Assembly: GCA_963771435.1 (NCBI GenBank) | Contig: CAVYTF010000018.1 | Location: 88,217-152,216, forward strand | Length of the DNA stretch: 64,000 nt | Source of the DNA: an uncultured Bacteroidota bacterium | Lineage (GTDB): Bacteria > Bacteroidota > Bacteroidia > Chitinophagales > Chitinophagaceae | Direction of reading: 5' to 3' | Shown: positions 47,557 to 58,677 of the stretch, in pieces | Layout: the number at the start of each line of letters is the position of its first letter | Numbering within the stretch: the first letter of the stretch is position 1 | Program-made: the position numbers and the translations under genes | The notes under the pieces: model-generated | What the model was told of the DNA's origin: nothing | What the model saw: the letters and a program-made list of their open reading frames with translations, nothing else | The model's database searches: none

Positions 47557-48102
47557 GCAATATAAAAAAAATAGTCGTCATCGGGCCAGAAAGCACAGGC
47601 AAAAGCACCCTCTGTATACAACTTGCAGAGCATTACAAAACCCGCTGGTGCCCTGAGTTTGCAAGAGAATATCTTTTAAAAAACGGAATTAATTATGCTT
47701 ATGAAGATCTGCTCACCATCGCCAAAGGCCAACTCTCCCTCGAAAGGATCAACCAACCATCAACCAACAACCACCAACCATCAACTTTTATTCATTGACA
47801 CCGACCTCTACGTCATGAAAGTTTGGTGCGAATTCGTTTTCAACCAATGCCATCAATACATCTTAAATGAGATTGCGCAAAGAAAATACGACCTCTATCT
47901 CTTCTGCAATATTGACCTGCCCTGGATAAAAGACGAACTCCGTGAGTATCCCGATGAAGCCCCCCGCAAGGAACTCTATAACATCTATAAAGACATTCTC
48001 ATAAACCAAAACACCCCTTGGGTGGAAATAAGCGGCAACTATGAAGACCGTTTAAACAAAGCCATCGCGGCTGTAGAAAAATATTGTAGTAATATAAATT
48101 AA
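47553..48102 (+). pseudogene. NadR-type AAA ATPase / ribosylnicotinamide-kinase-like protein, frameshifted within a CAAC-rich stutter
   Basis: ORF 47553..47798 carries Walker A (VVIGPESTGKST). ORF 47695..48102 continues LLFIDTDLYVMKVWCEF.... The frames must join inside 47748-47785; removing 1 nt gives about 182 aa. Confidence 0.75.
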
Positions 48103-49213
48103 TTATTCAGCATCAGCGGCATCACCAGCATCAGCAATTCTTCCCCTTCATTCTGTTCCATCGGCTTCAAGATCCCCGCCTTCGTTGGTGTTGACAATTC
48201 TATCTTCACCTCATCGCCCTCTGCCGCGCTCAGCATCTCAATCAAAAACTTAGCGTTAAAAGCAATTTGCAGGTCTTCCCCATCATATTGGCAACCCATC
48301 GTTTCCTTCCCTTCAAAACTAAAATCAACATCCTGCGCAGTTAGTTGCAGCTCGCTTCCGCTTATGGATAACGCCACTTGGTTCGTGCTCTTATTGCTAA
48401 ACACGCTCAGTCGCCGCAACGCGTTCTGAAAATCCATTTTATTCACCACTAATTTATACGGGTTATCCGTCGGTATCACCACTTTATAGTCAGGGAAACG
48501 CGCATCGATCAATCGGCAAATAAGCTGTGTTGCCCCATGCTTCACAAATAAGTGATTACTATTATAGCTTATCGTCAGTTCATCTTCATTCGCCGGCAGC
48601 GCGCTTTTCAAAAGGTTCAGCGGCTTTTTCGGCACAATAAAACTATCCACCTTTGGGCATTTCACATTCATTTTCTTCAGCCGCACCAGCCTGTGCGCAT
48701 CCGTCGCCACAAACTGCGCCGAGTCCTTCGCCAGCTCAAAAAACACCCGGTCATCGCCGGCCTCAGGTCATCCGTGCTCACCGCAAACAGCGTCTTCGTT
48801 ACCGCGTCAAGCAGGTCGCCGCTCGTCATCTCAAAACTGTTCGTCACGTCAGCCACCGGCTCTTTCGGAAAATTATCCGGGTTTTCCCCCATCACTTTAT
48901 ACTTCCCGTTACTGCTCGTTATCTCGATCCCAAAATTCTTGTCAATACTAAATGTCAGCGGCTGCTCAGAAATATTCTTCAGCGAGTCCATCAAAATTTT
49001 CGCAGGCATACACACCCTCCCGTCCGCCTTGCTTTCCACGTCCATCTGCACCTTCATCACCGTTTCCAGGTCCGTCGCCACAATGTTTAATTTCTTATCA
49101 GTTATTTCAAATAAAAAATCTTCCAGTATCGGCAATACTGTGTTCGCGTTAATAACGCCGCTTATTTGCTGCAGGTGCTTTAGTAATGAAGCAGAGGATA
49201 CTATAAATTTCAT
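48099..49213 (-). pseudogene. dnaN: DNA polymerase III beta sliding clamp, frameshifted as given
   Basis: The N-terminal part MKFIVSSASLLKHLQQISGVI...DDLRPAMTG (49213 down to about 48750) continues in another frame as FFELAKDSAQFVATDAHRLV... to 48099. Adding 1 nt near 48744-48749 (CCC/A6 context) gives a 371-aa clamp. Confidence 0.85.
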
Positions 49214-49373
49214 GATCGTGAATGATTTTTTGCGATGCAACAAACCTACTGCAAAATGTTAAGTTTGGCAACACGCAATTTTATTTGCAGTTTTATCCTC
49301 CAAAAATGTGAATTACTTGTGGTAAAATTCTCCTCAATCCCCAATCATCAAATCAGACATCATCAAATCAGCA

Positions 49374-49829
49374 ATGAATTCTCCTGAGCAAAAAATAAAA
49401 CACTACTGCCGTTACCAGGAAAGGAGTCACTCCGAGGTAAAAGAAAAGCTCTATAGTTTGGGTTTAAGGAAAGATATGGTCGAAGAATTTATCGCGAAAT
49501 TGATAGAAGAAGATTTGTTGAACGAAGAACGCTTCGCCCGTCAGTTTGCAAGAGGAAAATTTTCATTAAAAAATTGGGGCAAAATAAAGATCAGGTATGA
49601 GCTCAGGCAAAGAAAAGTAAGCCTATATAATATAAACCTCGGTTTAGAAGAAATTGATGAAAAAAAATACAAAGCAACCATACAAAAACTCGCTTCGCAA
49701 AAATGGAAACTCTTAAAAAGGGAATCACTCCCCAACAGGCAGGCAAAAACAACCCGTTACCTCCTCCAAAAAGGCTTCGAAAGCAATTTAATACAACAGG
49801 TGGTCAAAGAAATCGCCGTTATCCAATAG
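49374..49829 (+). CDS. recX: Regulatory protein RecX
   Basis: 151 aa. Contains YCRYQERSHSEVKEKL...DLLNEERFARQFARGKF, typical RecX three-helix repeats. Confidence 0.8.
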   Translation: MNSPEQKIKHYCRYQERSHSEVKEKLYSLGLRKDMVEEFIAKLIEEDLLNEERFARQFARGKFSLKNWGKIKIRYELRQRKVSLYNINLGLEEIDEKKYKATIQKLASQKWKLLKRESLPNRQAKTTRYLLQKGFESNLIQQVVKEIAVIQ

Positions 49830-49840
49830 CTTAAATTTAA

Positions 49841-50069
49841 TTTAGTACTCAAAAACAAGTATTTAATATTCAAAAACATATATTTAACAATTAAAAACAG
49901 CTATTTAATAAGCTAAAACGACTATTTAATAATCAAAATCAAGTATTTAATAATCAAAATCAAATATTTAATATTTAAAAACGGATATTTAATAATCAAA
50001 AACAATCATTTAATAAAGTAAATCAAGTATTTAACAATCAAAAACGACTATTTAACAATCAAAAACAGC
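49841..50069. repeat. 21-bp tandem array (10 in-phase units + 1 partial)
   Basis: Units start at 49860 + 21n. Each is TATTTAAYAATCAAAAAC plus a 3-nt variable tail (ata, agc, gac, aag, aaa, gga, aat, aag, gac, agc). Confidence 0.95.
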
Positions 50070-50181
50070 ATGATTCTAAATAAAGCCCCTAAAAAACGCC
50101 TCATACAGGTAAAATAATAATAGAATTATTTGATATGCCTATAAATTATCCCCTTAACTTATTTTTGCAAAAAAATTCCAC

Positions 50182-51258
50182 ATGCCTCAGTTTCGCAATT
50201 TCAAAATGGTAAGCTACGTCGTGTACGGCCGCGGAAGTTTCAACCAATTAGACGAGATTTTAACCCCTCAACGCAAAGGCGCTGCCCCTATCATCTTTTT
50301 AATAGACCATTTTTTTGAAAATAAACCTTTGGCCAGCCGAATCCCCGTCCGTGAAAATGACAAGATCATCTTTGCCGATGTCACTCACGAACCAAAAACA
50401 ACGCAGGTTGATAAACTTGCCGCCTCCCTCAAAGAAGAATTTGGCACCATCAGCGGCATCATCGGCATTGGCGGCGGCAGCGTCATGGACCTCGCCAAAG
50501 CCGTTTCCCTCATGATGACAAACCCGGATTCCTCGGCCGATTACCAGGGGTGGGACTTGGTAAAAAACCCCGGCGTTTACAAAGCAGGCATCCCTACCCT
50601 CAGCGGAACCGGCGCTGAAGTCAGCCGCACCTGTGTCCTCACCGGCCCAACCCGCAAGCTTGGCATGAACTCCGATTTTACCCCCTTCGACCAAATAATT
50701 ATCGACCCCGAATTAACCGCCAACGCCCCTGCAAACCAACGCTTTTACACCGGAATGGACTGCTACATCCATTGCATCGAAAGCCTGCAGGGAACTTTTT
50801 TAAACGAATTCAGCAAAAGCTATGGCGAAAAAGCCCTCCAGCTTTGCCAGGAAATTTTCCTCCAAAAAGATATTTGGGATGAAGAAAGCGATAACAAATT
50901 AATGATGGCTTCCTACGCCGGCGGAATGAGCATTGCTTATAGCCAGGTCGGCGTTGCTCATGCAGTAAGTTATGGTTTGGGTTATTTATTAGGCACAAAA
51001 CACGGCATCGGCAATTGCATCGTCATGAATCATTTAGATGAATATTACCCTAAAGGTGCCGCCGAATTTAAAAGAATGGTAGCCAAAAATAACATTGATA
51101 TTCCGCAGGGCATTTGCAAGGGCCTCACTGATGAACAATTTGAAACCATGATAAACGTCGCCCTTGGCATGAAACCCCTCTGGGAAAACGCTTTAGGAAA
51201 AGACTGGGAAAGAATAATGACAAGTGAGAAACTCCGTGCCCTTTATGAAAAGCTATAA
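50182..51258 (+). CDS. Iron-containing alcohol dehydrogenase family protein (group III ADH / KdnB-like)
   Basis: 358 aa. Contains GIGGGSVMDLAK, the metal-binding His context (YTGMDCYIHCIES) and GVAHAVSYGLG. Confidence 0.75.
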   Translation: MPQFRNFKMVSYVVYGRGSFNQLDEILTPQRKGAAPIIFLIDHFFENKPLASRIPVRENDKIIFADVTHEPKTTQVDKLAASLKEEFGTISGIIGIGGGSVMDLAKAVSLMMTNPDSSADYQGWDLVKNPGVYKAGIPTLSGTGAEVSRTCVLTGPTRKLGMNSDFTPFDQIIIDPELTANAPANQRFYTGMDCYIHCIESLQGTFLNEFSKSYGEKALQLCQEIFLQKDIWDEESDNKLMMASYAGGMSIAYSQVGVAHAVSYGLGYLLGTKHGIGNCIVMNHLDEYYPKGAAEFKRMVAKNNIDIPQGICKGLTDEQFETMINVALGMKPLWENALGKDWERIMTSEKLRALYEKL

Positions 51259-51324
51259 GTTATTCCATTAATAAAAGAGAGCATCAATCTATTTGATGCT
51301 CTCTTTTATATTAATTCAAATCAT

Positions 51325-51819
51325 TTAGTTCATCTCATCTGCGCTCGGCCCGTACATCCCCGGGATAGGCACATTAAGCAAACGAAGAAAAACACCAAGC
51401 TGTGCGCGGTGATGGATCATGTGGCTTATAACCATTCCTCGTATAACACCAATACGCGGCATCGTAAAAATAACATGCTCCCCGTTCCTTAATGTCCACG
51501 GTTCCAGCAGGTTTTCATCTGATGCGCCTTTCATTGCTTCTGTTGCTTCCTTTGCATTTTTATCAAACGCTGCCACTATCTGCTCCGCTGTTTCAAACTT
51601 TGGCGGAGCATAAGGGTTTTTTGAGAAGTCAAGTTCAGTTGTGTTAACGGTCATCGTCAGCCATTCAGGCAGCGTGGCAATATGCGTGGCAAGCCGCAGC
51701 ACGGTCATCGATTTTTCATGGGGCTTCCATGAGAAAAACTCTTCTGGAACACGTTCCAGCATTTTATGCGTGTTGCCAAATTCAAATTCGACCTGGGGCA
51801 AAGAAGTTTGTGCTATCAT
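51325..51819 (-). CDS. DinB-superfamily protein
   Basis: Start taken at MIAQTSLPQVEFEF. The HxxxH-type helices (LRLATHIATLPEW, ISHMIHHRAQL) are typical of the DinB fold. Confidence 0.7.
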   Translation of the reverse strand: MIAQTSLPQVEFEFGNTHKMLERVPEEFFSWKPHEKSMTVLRLATHIATLPEWLTMTVNTTELDFSKNPYAPPKFETAEQIVAAFDKNAKEATEAMKGASDENLLEPWTLRNGEHVIFTMPRIGVIRGMVISHMIHHRAQLGVFLRLLNVPIPGMYGPSADEMN

Positions 51820-51847
51820 TATATTTATTTTTTGGCAAAGTACTACT

Positions 51848-53063
51848 TTAAGCTTTAAAACCATCCAGCCATTTGGCGGAGCTTAATTGTTTTTTTATAC
51901 GTGCAATATCCCCAAAGGCTGTCACTAATATATCACTGTTATTCTCTGCAAGGTCTTTTTTAAATCCATTGCCGCTTTCCATAATAAATTCGGCCATCTG
52001 CTGGCCTATAACCTGCATCAGGTCAAACTTTGTTGTATCCGCCATATCAATATTTCCCAAAACATCTTCCCCCAGGTCGTGCAGCCATTTGGTGTGATAT
52101 TTATGTTCGTCCAGCACACCCGTGTTAGGTATTTTATGGATAGATGCCGGGTCAATAGATATCTGGAAACGCCTGAAGTCAATAACATCCCTTATCATGG
52201 GCGAGCGTAATGCATCTACCTGCATGGCGCTGGCATCCTGCCCCATGGCGGTCATCAGCCAGTTTAACCAGAAAACAATATCAAGGCCATGCGGGTTAAT
52301 GGTTTGAGTAGGTTTAATGAATTGCCTCGAAATGCCCGTACCAAAACTAAACAAGGCGATCTGAGAAATTTTATAAGCAGAAGAAACTCTCATCCTTATC
52401 AGGCGTGCTGTACGACACGGCCTCCATAAAAGCAGCCAGAGATGGATTATTATAGGTAGTGGTACCACCGTCCACAAACCTTTCCAGCGGGTAGAAATAA
52501 GTGGGCGCGCTCATGGTTGCCTCCATTGCTGCGCGCAGCAGCACATCTTTATAGGTGCCATAGTAACTTCCGTCGCTTTGTTTAAAACACGAGAAAAAGG
52601 TCTCTTCGTCCCCGGCCATGTCGTGCGAAGTGATCATCACATCAATATTGTTTGCCGCACAAGCATTTGCCAGCGTTGCATCATCAACAATGCCTTTCAG
52701 CAGGCTACGGTATTTTTCTTTTGTAAAGGCAGGGGGATTTACATACCGGTTTCCCAAAAGCCGTTTGTCAAACACTTCGGTCACGAGGGTTTCATACTTC
52801 TTCTCAATATCAACAGCAGTATGCCCTGTACAAATTAACCCCGTGATGATGCCGCCAGTGGAAGTGCCTGCCACCATGTCAAACAGTTCATAACAGGGGA
52901 TGCCTGCAACTTCCTCCAGCTTTTTCAGGAGTTGAATGGTTAGTATACCCCTCATGCCGCCGCCGTCAAGGCAAAGTATCGCACGGTGCTGTGTGTCGAT
53001 GCCGAGATTTTGGAAAGCCTGCAGCCTTGCCGCACTCATTTCGTTGCCCAATGGTTTAGCCAT
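51848..53063 (-). pseudogene. Patatin-like phospholipase, frameshifted as given
   Basis: The N-terminal ORF 52371..53063 has DGGGMRG and GTSTGG. The C-terminal ORF 51848..52477 continues ...SSAYKISQIALFSFGTG.... The join is near 52384-52395 (AAA run); removing 1 nt gives about 404 aa. Confidence 0.8.
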
Positions 53064-53255
53064 AGTTTATAGTTTTTGTTTTAGGGCAATAAAGCTAAGA
53101 CTCTCTTTGATTCAAAAAGCGCAGTGTGGATAAGTGAGGCTCTAAATAAGGCGGCAAGGAGGAATGACGGAGGAAGGGGTAGCGAAGGGTGGAAAACAGG
53201 GTTCTTTATGAATGAGATGCCTGTGCATGATCCCCCTAACCATTTAAAATAAAAA

Positions 53256-53287
53256 AGGGCACTCAAAATTGAGTACCCTTTTTTTAA
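53256..53287. terminator. Bidirectional terminator downstream of atpA
   Basis: AAGGGCACTCAA-aa-TTGAGTACCCTT (one mismatch), flanked by A6 and T7. Confidence 0.75.
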
Positions 53288-53300
53288 TAGTTATGAGTAT

Positions 53301-54879
53301 CTATTTGTATTGTGGTATCAACCCTTTTGCCAATTCAACCATTTTCTTGATGCCATCTTCAGGTAAACTACCTTTCTTAAACTCTGCAAGTACATCAGGA
53401 TATTGGTTCTGCATTTCCAGCAGGAAATGTTCTTCAAAAGCCTTTACATTTTTAACCGCTACTTCACGTATCAAACCTTGCGTACCTAGATAAATAATAG
53501 CAACCTGCTTTTCAACCGACATAGGGGAATACTGCAACTGCTTTAATATTTCAACGTTGCGCGCACCCTTGTCAATAACTAATTTAGTAGCAGCATCAAG
53601 GTCACCGCCAAATTTAGAGAACGCTTCCATTTCACGGTATAAAGCCTGGTCAAGTTTGAGCGTACCTGCTACTTTCTTCATTGACTTTATCTGTGCATTC
53701 CCACCCACACGGCTTACAGATATACCTACATTAATAGCCGGTCGGATACCTGAGTTGAACAGGTTGCCTTCCAAAAATATCTGTCCGTCGGTAATAGAGA
53801 TAACATTTGTAGGAATATAGGCTGAAACATCACCAGCCTGTGTTTCAATAATAGGCAATGCTGTTAAACTTCCTCCGCCTTTTACCAAATGCCTGATAGA
53901 CTCAGGAAGGTCATTCATGTTTTTGGCTACATCATCGTTGGTAATGATCTTGGCAGCGCGTTCCAGCAAACGGCTATGTAAATAAAACACATCACCGGGA
54001 TATGCTTCACGTCCCGGCGGGCGGCGGAGCAACAATGATACTTCACGATAAGCAACAGCCTGTTTGCTCAGATCATCATAAATGATCAAAGCAGGCCTTC
54101 CGGTATCACGGAAAAACTCTCCAATTGCCGCTCCTGCAAACGGTGCATAGAACTGTAGCGGTGCAGGGTCGCTTGCAGATGCTGCAACAATAGTTGTGAA
54201 AGCCAATGCGCCATAATCCTGCAATGTTTTCATCACACCTGCAATGGTCGATGCCTTTTGTCCTATTGCAACATAAATACAATACACTGGTTTCCCTGCA
54301 TCATAAAATTCTTTCTGGTTAATGATAGTATCAATGCAGATAGCTGTTTTGCCTGTCTGCCTGTCACCGATCACAAGTTCGCGCTGGCCACGGCCAATAG
54401 GTATCATCGCATCAATTGCTTTGATACCCGTCTGCAACGGTTCTTTCACCGGCTCGCGGTAAATAACCCCAGGAGCTTTACGCTCAAGTGGCATTTCATA
54501 TAACTCTCCTGCTATCGGTCCCTTGCCGTCAATGGGGTTGCCCAGTGTGTTAATTACACGTCCAACCAAACCTTCGCCCACTTTTATAGAAGCGATCTGG
54601 CGTGTACGCTTTACTGTAGTATCCTTCCTTTATGTCGCCACTTTCCCCCATCAACACTACACCCACATTATCTTCTTCAAGGTTCAGGGCGATTGCCTTT
54701 GTGCCGTTTTCAAACTCCACCAACTCCCCGCTGCTTACGTTGTTTAATCCATAAACACGGGCAATGCCATCGCCTACTTGTAGCACTGTTCCTACTTCTT
54801 CCAAATCAGCCGCAGCATTAAAATTGCTAAGCTGTTGCCTAAGTATCGCCGAAATTTCATCTGGCTTTATCTCAACCAT
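53301..54879 (-). pseudogene. atpA: F1 ATP synthase alpha subunit, frameshifted as given
   Basis: The N-terminal ORF 54550..54879 ([17 protein letters not shown]...GESGDIKEG) continues in another frame as [35 protein letters not shown]... with Walker A GDRQTGKT. The join is near 54615-54625; removing 1 nt gives about 525 aa. Confidence 0.9.
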
Positions 54880-54989
54880 ATTTTAAAGTTTAAAGTTTAG
54901 CCCCAACTCTAAGTAAGTTAGGAATTCATCATTTATTTATCGTACTAAAAACATATTCCATCCCAGTTCCCCTTTAGGGGTTAGGGGTA

Positions 54990-55553
54990 TTACCTAATAT
55001 GATGCACATATACATTCTCGTCAAACTGCTTTTTAATATCCCGCAGGTCCCTTGCTACGCTTGCATCCACAAGATTATTATTAAATTCCAGAACAAATCC
55101 TCCTATCAGGCTTTCATTCGCCTTGGTTTCCATTTCTATATTTTCCAGCCCTGCCTCAGTTTTCACTTTACTGATTATATCATTCCTCAATTCATCACCT
55201 ATAGCAATAGCCGTTGTCAACTTCACTTTGTGTATTCCTTTTATAGCATTGTACTGACTAACAACTTCATTCACAATCTCAGGCAGATCGCTTTCACGTC
55301 CTTTTGCAACAAGCAGTTTAGTAAATGCAGTTGTTATTTCACTCACTTTGTCGTTTGTAACAGCGCCTATCACTGCATTTTTCTTATCAGCTTTGATAAT
55401 TGGGCTGCGCAACAAATTCACAAACTCTTTGCTGGCTTTGCAAACTGCCTGCAAATACTGCATGTCATTATAAATTGCTTCCAACTGATCCCTTTCAATT
55501 GCAAGGTCAATAAGGCTTTTTGCGTATCGTGCTGCTAAACGTGGATTAGGCAT
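54990..55553 (-). CDS. atpH: F1 ATP synthase delta subunit
   Basis: 187 aa. MPNPRLAARYAKSLIDLA... is the OSCP/delta pattern, and the gene sits between atpF and atpA. Confidence 0.85.
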   Translation of the reverse strand: MPNPRLAARYAKSLIDLAIERDQLEAIYNDMQYLQAVCKASKEFVNLLRSPIIKADKKNAVIGAVTNDKVSEITTAFTKLLVAKGRESDLPEIVNEVVSQYNAIKGIHKVKLTTAIAIGDELRNDIISKVKTEAGLENIEMETKANESLIGGFVLEFNNNLVDASVARDLRDIKKQFDENVYVHHIR

Positions 55554-55564
55554 TTCTTTTCAGA

Positions 55565-56059
55565 TTAATTCAATTTCACTCCGTCCGCAAGTTGTTTTAT
55601 ATAACTTTCCTGTGCGCCTTTGTCAGATAATTCCTTACGCAACACTTTTTCCGCTACCTCGATCACCAATTTCCCTACTTGGTTCTTAACATCTGTCAAT
55701 GCTGCATTCTTTTGTTGCTGTATGGCCTGCTGTGCTTCAGAAACAATGCGTTCATATTCTGACTTCGCCTTATCCTTCGCCTCATTGATCATTTTATCAG
55801 AGGTCTCTTTCGCTTCTCTCACCATCACTGCCCTCTCTTCACGTGCTTTTGCAAGCACATTTTCATTCTCACTTTTCAACTGCGCCATCTCTGCCTTTAT
55901 CTTTTCAGCAGAAGCAATAGCATCATTGATACCGTTTTCCCTTTCTTTCAGAGAAGACAGGATAGGCTTCCATGCAAACTTCTTCAATATAAAAAACACG
56001 ATGATAAAAGCAAGCAATGTCCACAGTATCAAACCAAAAGCCGGGTTCATCAGATCCAT
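55565..56059 (-). CDS. atpF: F0 ATP synthase subunit b
   Basis: 164 aa with one N-terminal TM, then a long charged helix. Position in the operon supports the call. Confidence 0.85.
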   Translation of the reverse strand: MDLMNPAFGLILWTLLAFIIVFFILKKFAWKPILSSLKERENGINDAIASAEKIKAEMAQLKSENENVLAKAREERAVMVREAKETSDKMINEAKDKAKSEYERIVSEAQQAIQQQKNAALTDVKNQVGKLVIEVAEKVLRKELSDKGAQESYIKQLADGVKLN

Positions 56060-56154
56060 AAAAACAAATTAACTATGAGCTAATAATTTTTCAAATTTAT
56101 TGCTGCACCCTCGCCCTGTGCTCAGGTGCAGCAATGATTTTTCAGGAAAGCCGC

Positions 56155-57593
<1,439 letters not shown>

Positions 57594-57765
57594 ACCCTTT
57601 ATAAATTTGCGGCAAAGATAGGGTTTGGTAAATGAAAAAAGGAATTTACAACCTCAATTCTGCAAGAATTTTATATAAATAAATGAAATAGAAGATATTA
57701 CAAACCATTATAGATGCGTTTAGCAAGAAATCTAAATCTTCTTTTTTCGGACTTTCCTTAAACCA

Positions 57766-58413
57766 TTAAGTAGATGAACGCATTAAGCTTGCTTCTTTAA
57801 AGAGATTATCAAAACGGTCAATTTGTTTTGTCCAACTTACAATGCCTGAATTGATCCAGTTGAGTATTTCCAGGATGTTATTATGGTTTGTTGCCAATGC
57901 AACCAGATCATTACAAATTGGTTCATAATGAAAAATACGGTTTCTGAATTTTCTAACATGATTCAACTTATAAGAAATTTTATCCCTGCTTTTGTTATGC
58001 TTGTCCAGCAATGGGAAAGCATACATTAAAGGTTTCCAAAGTTCCTTTGCAAACTGCTTATTAAAAAGAGCCGTCCAGAAGCCAAAAGTAAGCTCTGCTA
58101 CAACTTTATCTGCTGTCATGTAATTTTGTGCTGCTATTATTTTTCTCTTGGCAATGTTGATTTGGTCAATTAATTCAGGTTGGTTCAACCGGGAAAACCA
58201 GTCTGCCGTCTTATAATGTATTGCAAACGAATTGTGTATCGAATTCCTAAGCGTTATTTCCAGGTTGGAAAGTAACGGGTAAAACGATTCTGCGATCTGG
58301 CTATTAAGCCGGTAATATTCAATAGCTTTTGCTTTATCTGTTGGGAATAGGTTGTAGTAAGTGCCAAGCCTTTTCGCCGAAAGCAGTTTCTCCAGATCAT
58401 AAATATCCATCAA
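57766..58413 (-). CDS. Abi_2-like (AbiD/AbiF-type) abortive-infection family protein
   Basis: 215 aa. Contains LSAKRLGTYY...YRLNSQIAESFYPLLSNLEITLRNSIHN... and later FRNRIFHYEPI, the pattern I associate with Pfam Abi_2. Confidence 0.6.
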   Translation of the reverse strand: MMDIYDLEKLLSAKRLGTYYNLFPTDKAKAIEYYRLNSQIAESFYPLLSNLEITLRNSIHNSFAIHYKTADWFSRLNQPELIDQINIAKRKIIAAQNYMTADKVVAELTFGFWTALFNKQFAKELWKPLMYAFPLLDKHNKSRDKISYKLNHVRKFRNRIFHYEPICNDLVALATNHNNILEILNWINSGIVSWTKQIDRFDNLFKEASLMRSST

Positions 58414-58677
58414 TTACCTTTAAAAGAGTTGCTGCAAATGTAATTAAAGCCGTATATTTGCAATGCGATACCCGGTAAATCCTCTCTCCCGCATGGGATG
58501 ATGAAACCGGGTTTTTGTTTTTCCAAAAATCCCTTTTGGACCTTAGAAGTACCAAAACCAGCACTCACTCTAAAATATTTTTAAGAGAATCTTACTAAAA
58601 ATGAATATTGAGAGCTTACAAGTTTTTAATCTCATTACCATTCCCTTATCAATCCGAATCATTAGTTTTGAAAAGAT

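Noticed and set aside
48552-49262. A 236-aa plus-strand ORF, and 48653..49090, opposite dnaN.
   Set aside because: They are antisense to a clearly recognisable sliding-clamp coding sequence and have no family features.
18501-50069. The possibility that the regular arrays are CRISPR loci.
   Set aside because: The units abut directly at 21 or 42 bp, with no unique 25-40-bp spacers. There are no cas genes in the window.
53125-53133. A perfect DnaA box (TGTGGATAA) about 4 kb from dnaN, which might hint at oriC.
   Set aside because: It is a single isolated box with no cluster, no adjacent AT-rich unwinding element and no dnaA gene. This is compatible with chance.
48744-54625. Programmed ribosomal frameshifting as an explanation for the dnaN and atpA disruptions.
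   Set aside because: No slippery heptamer or stimulatory structure is evident. Programmed shifts are known for dnaX and prfB, not for these genes. Indel error or mutation is simpler.
54999-56072. Plus-strand ORFs of 179 aa (54999..55538) and 150 aa (55620..56072) opposite atpH and atpF.
   Set aside because: They are antisense shadows of well-supported atp genes with low-complexity, hydrophobic translations.
58440-58560. A possible small RNA or riboswitch in the spacer between the Abi and HNH genes, marked by the hairpin ACCCGGT...ACCGGGT plus a T-run.
   Set aside because: I can support only a terminator-like hairpin. I recognise no conserved riboswitch or sRNA structure, so I mention it within the defence-islet finding rather than calling it.
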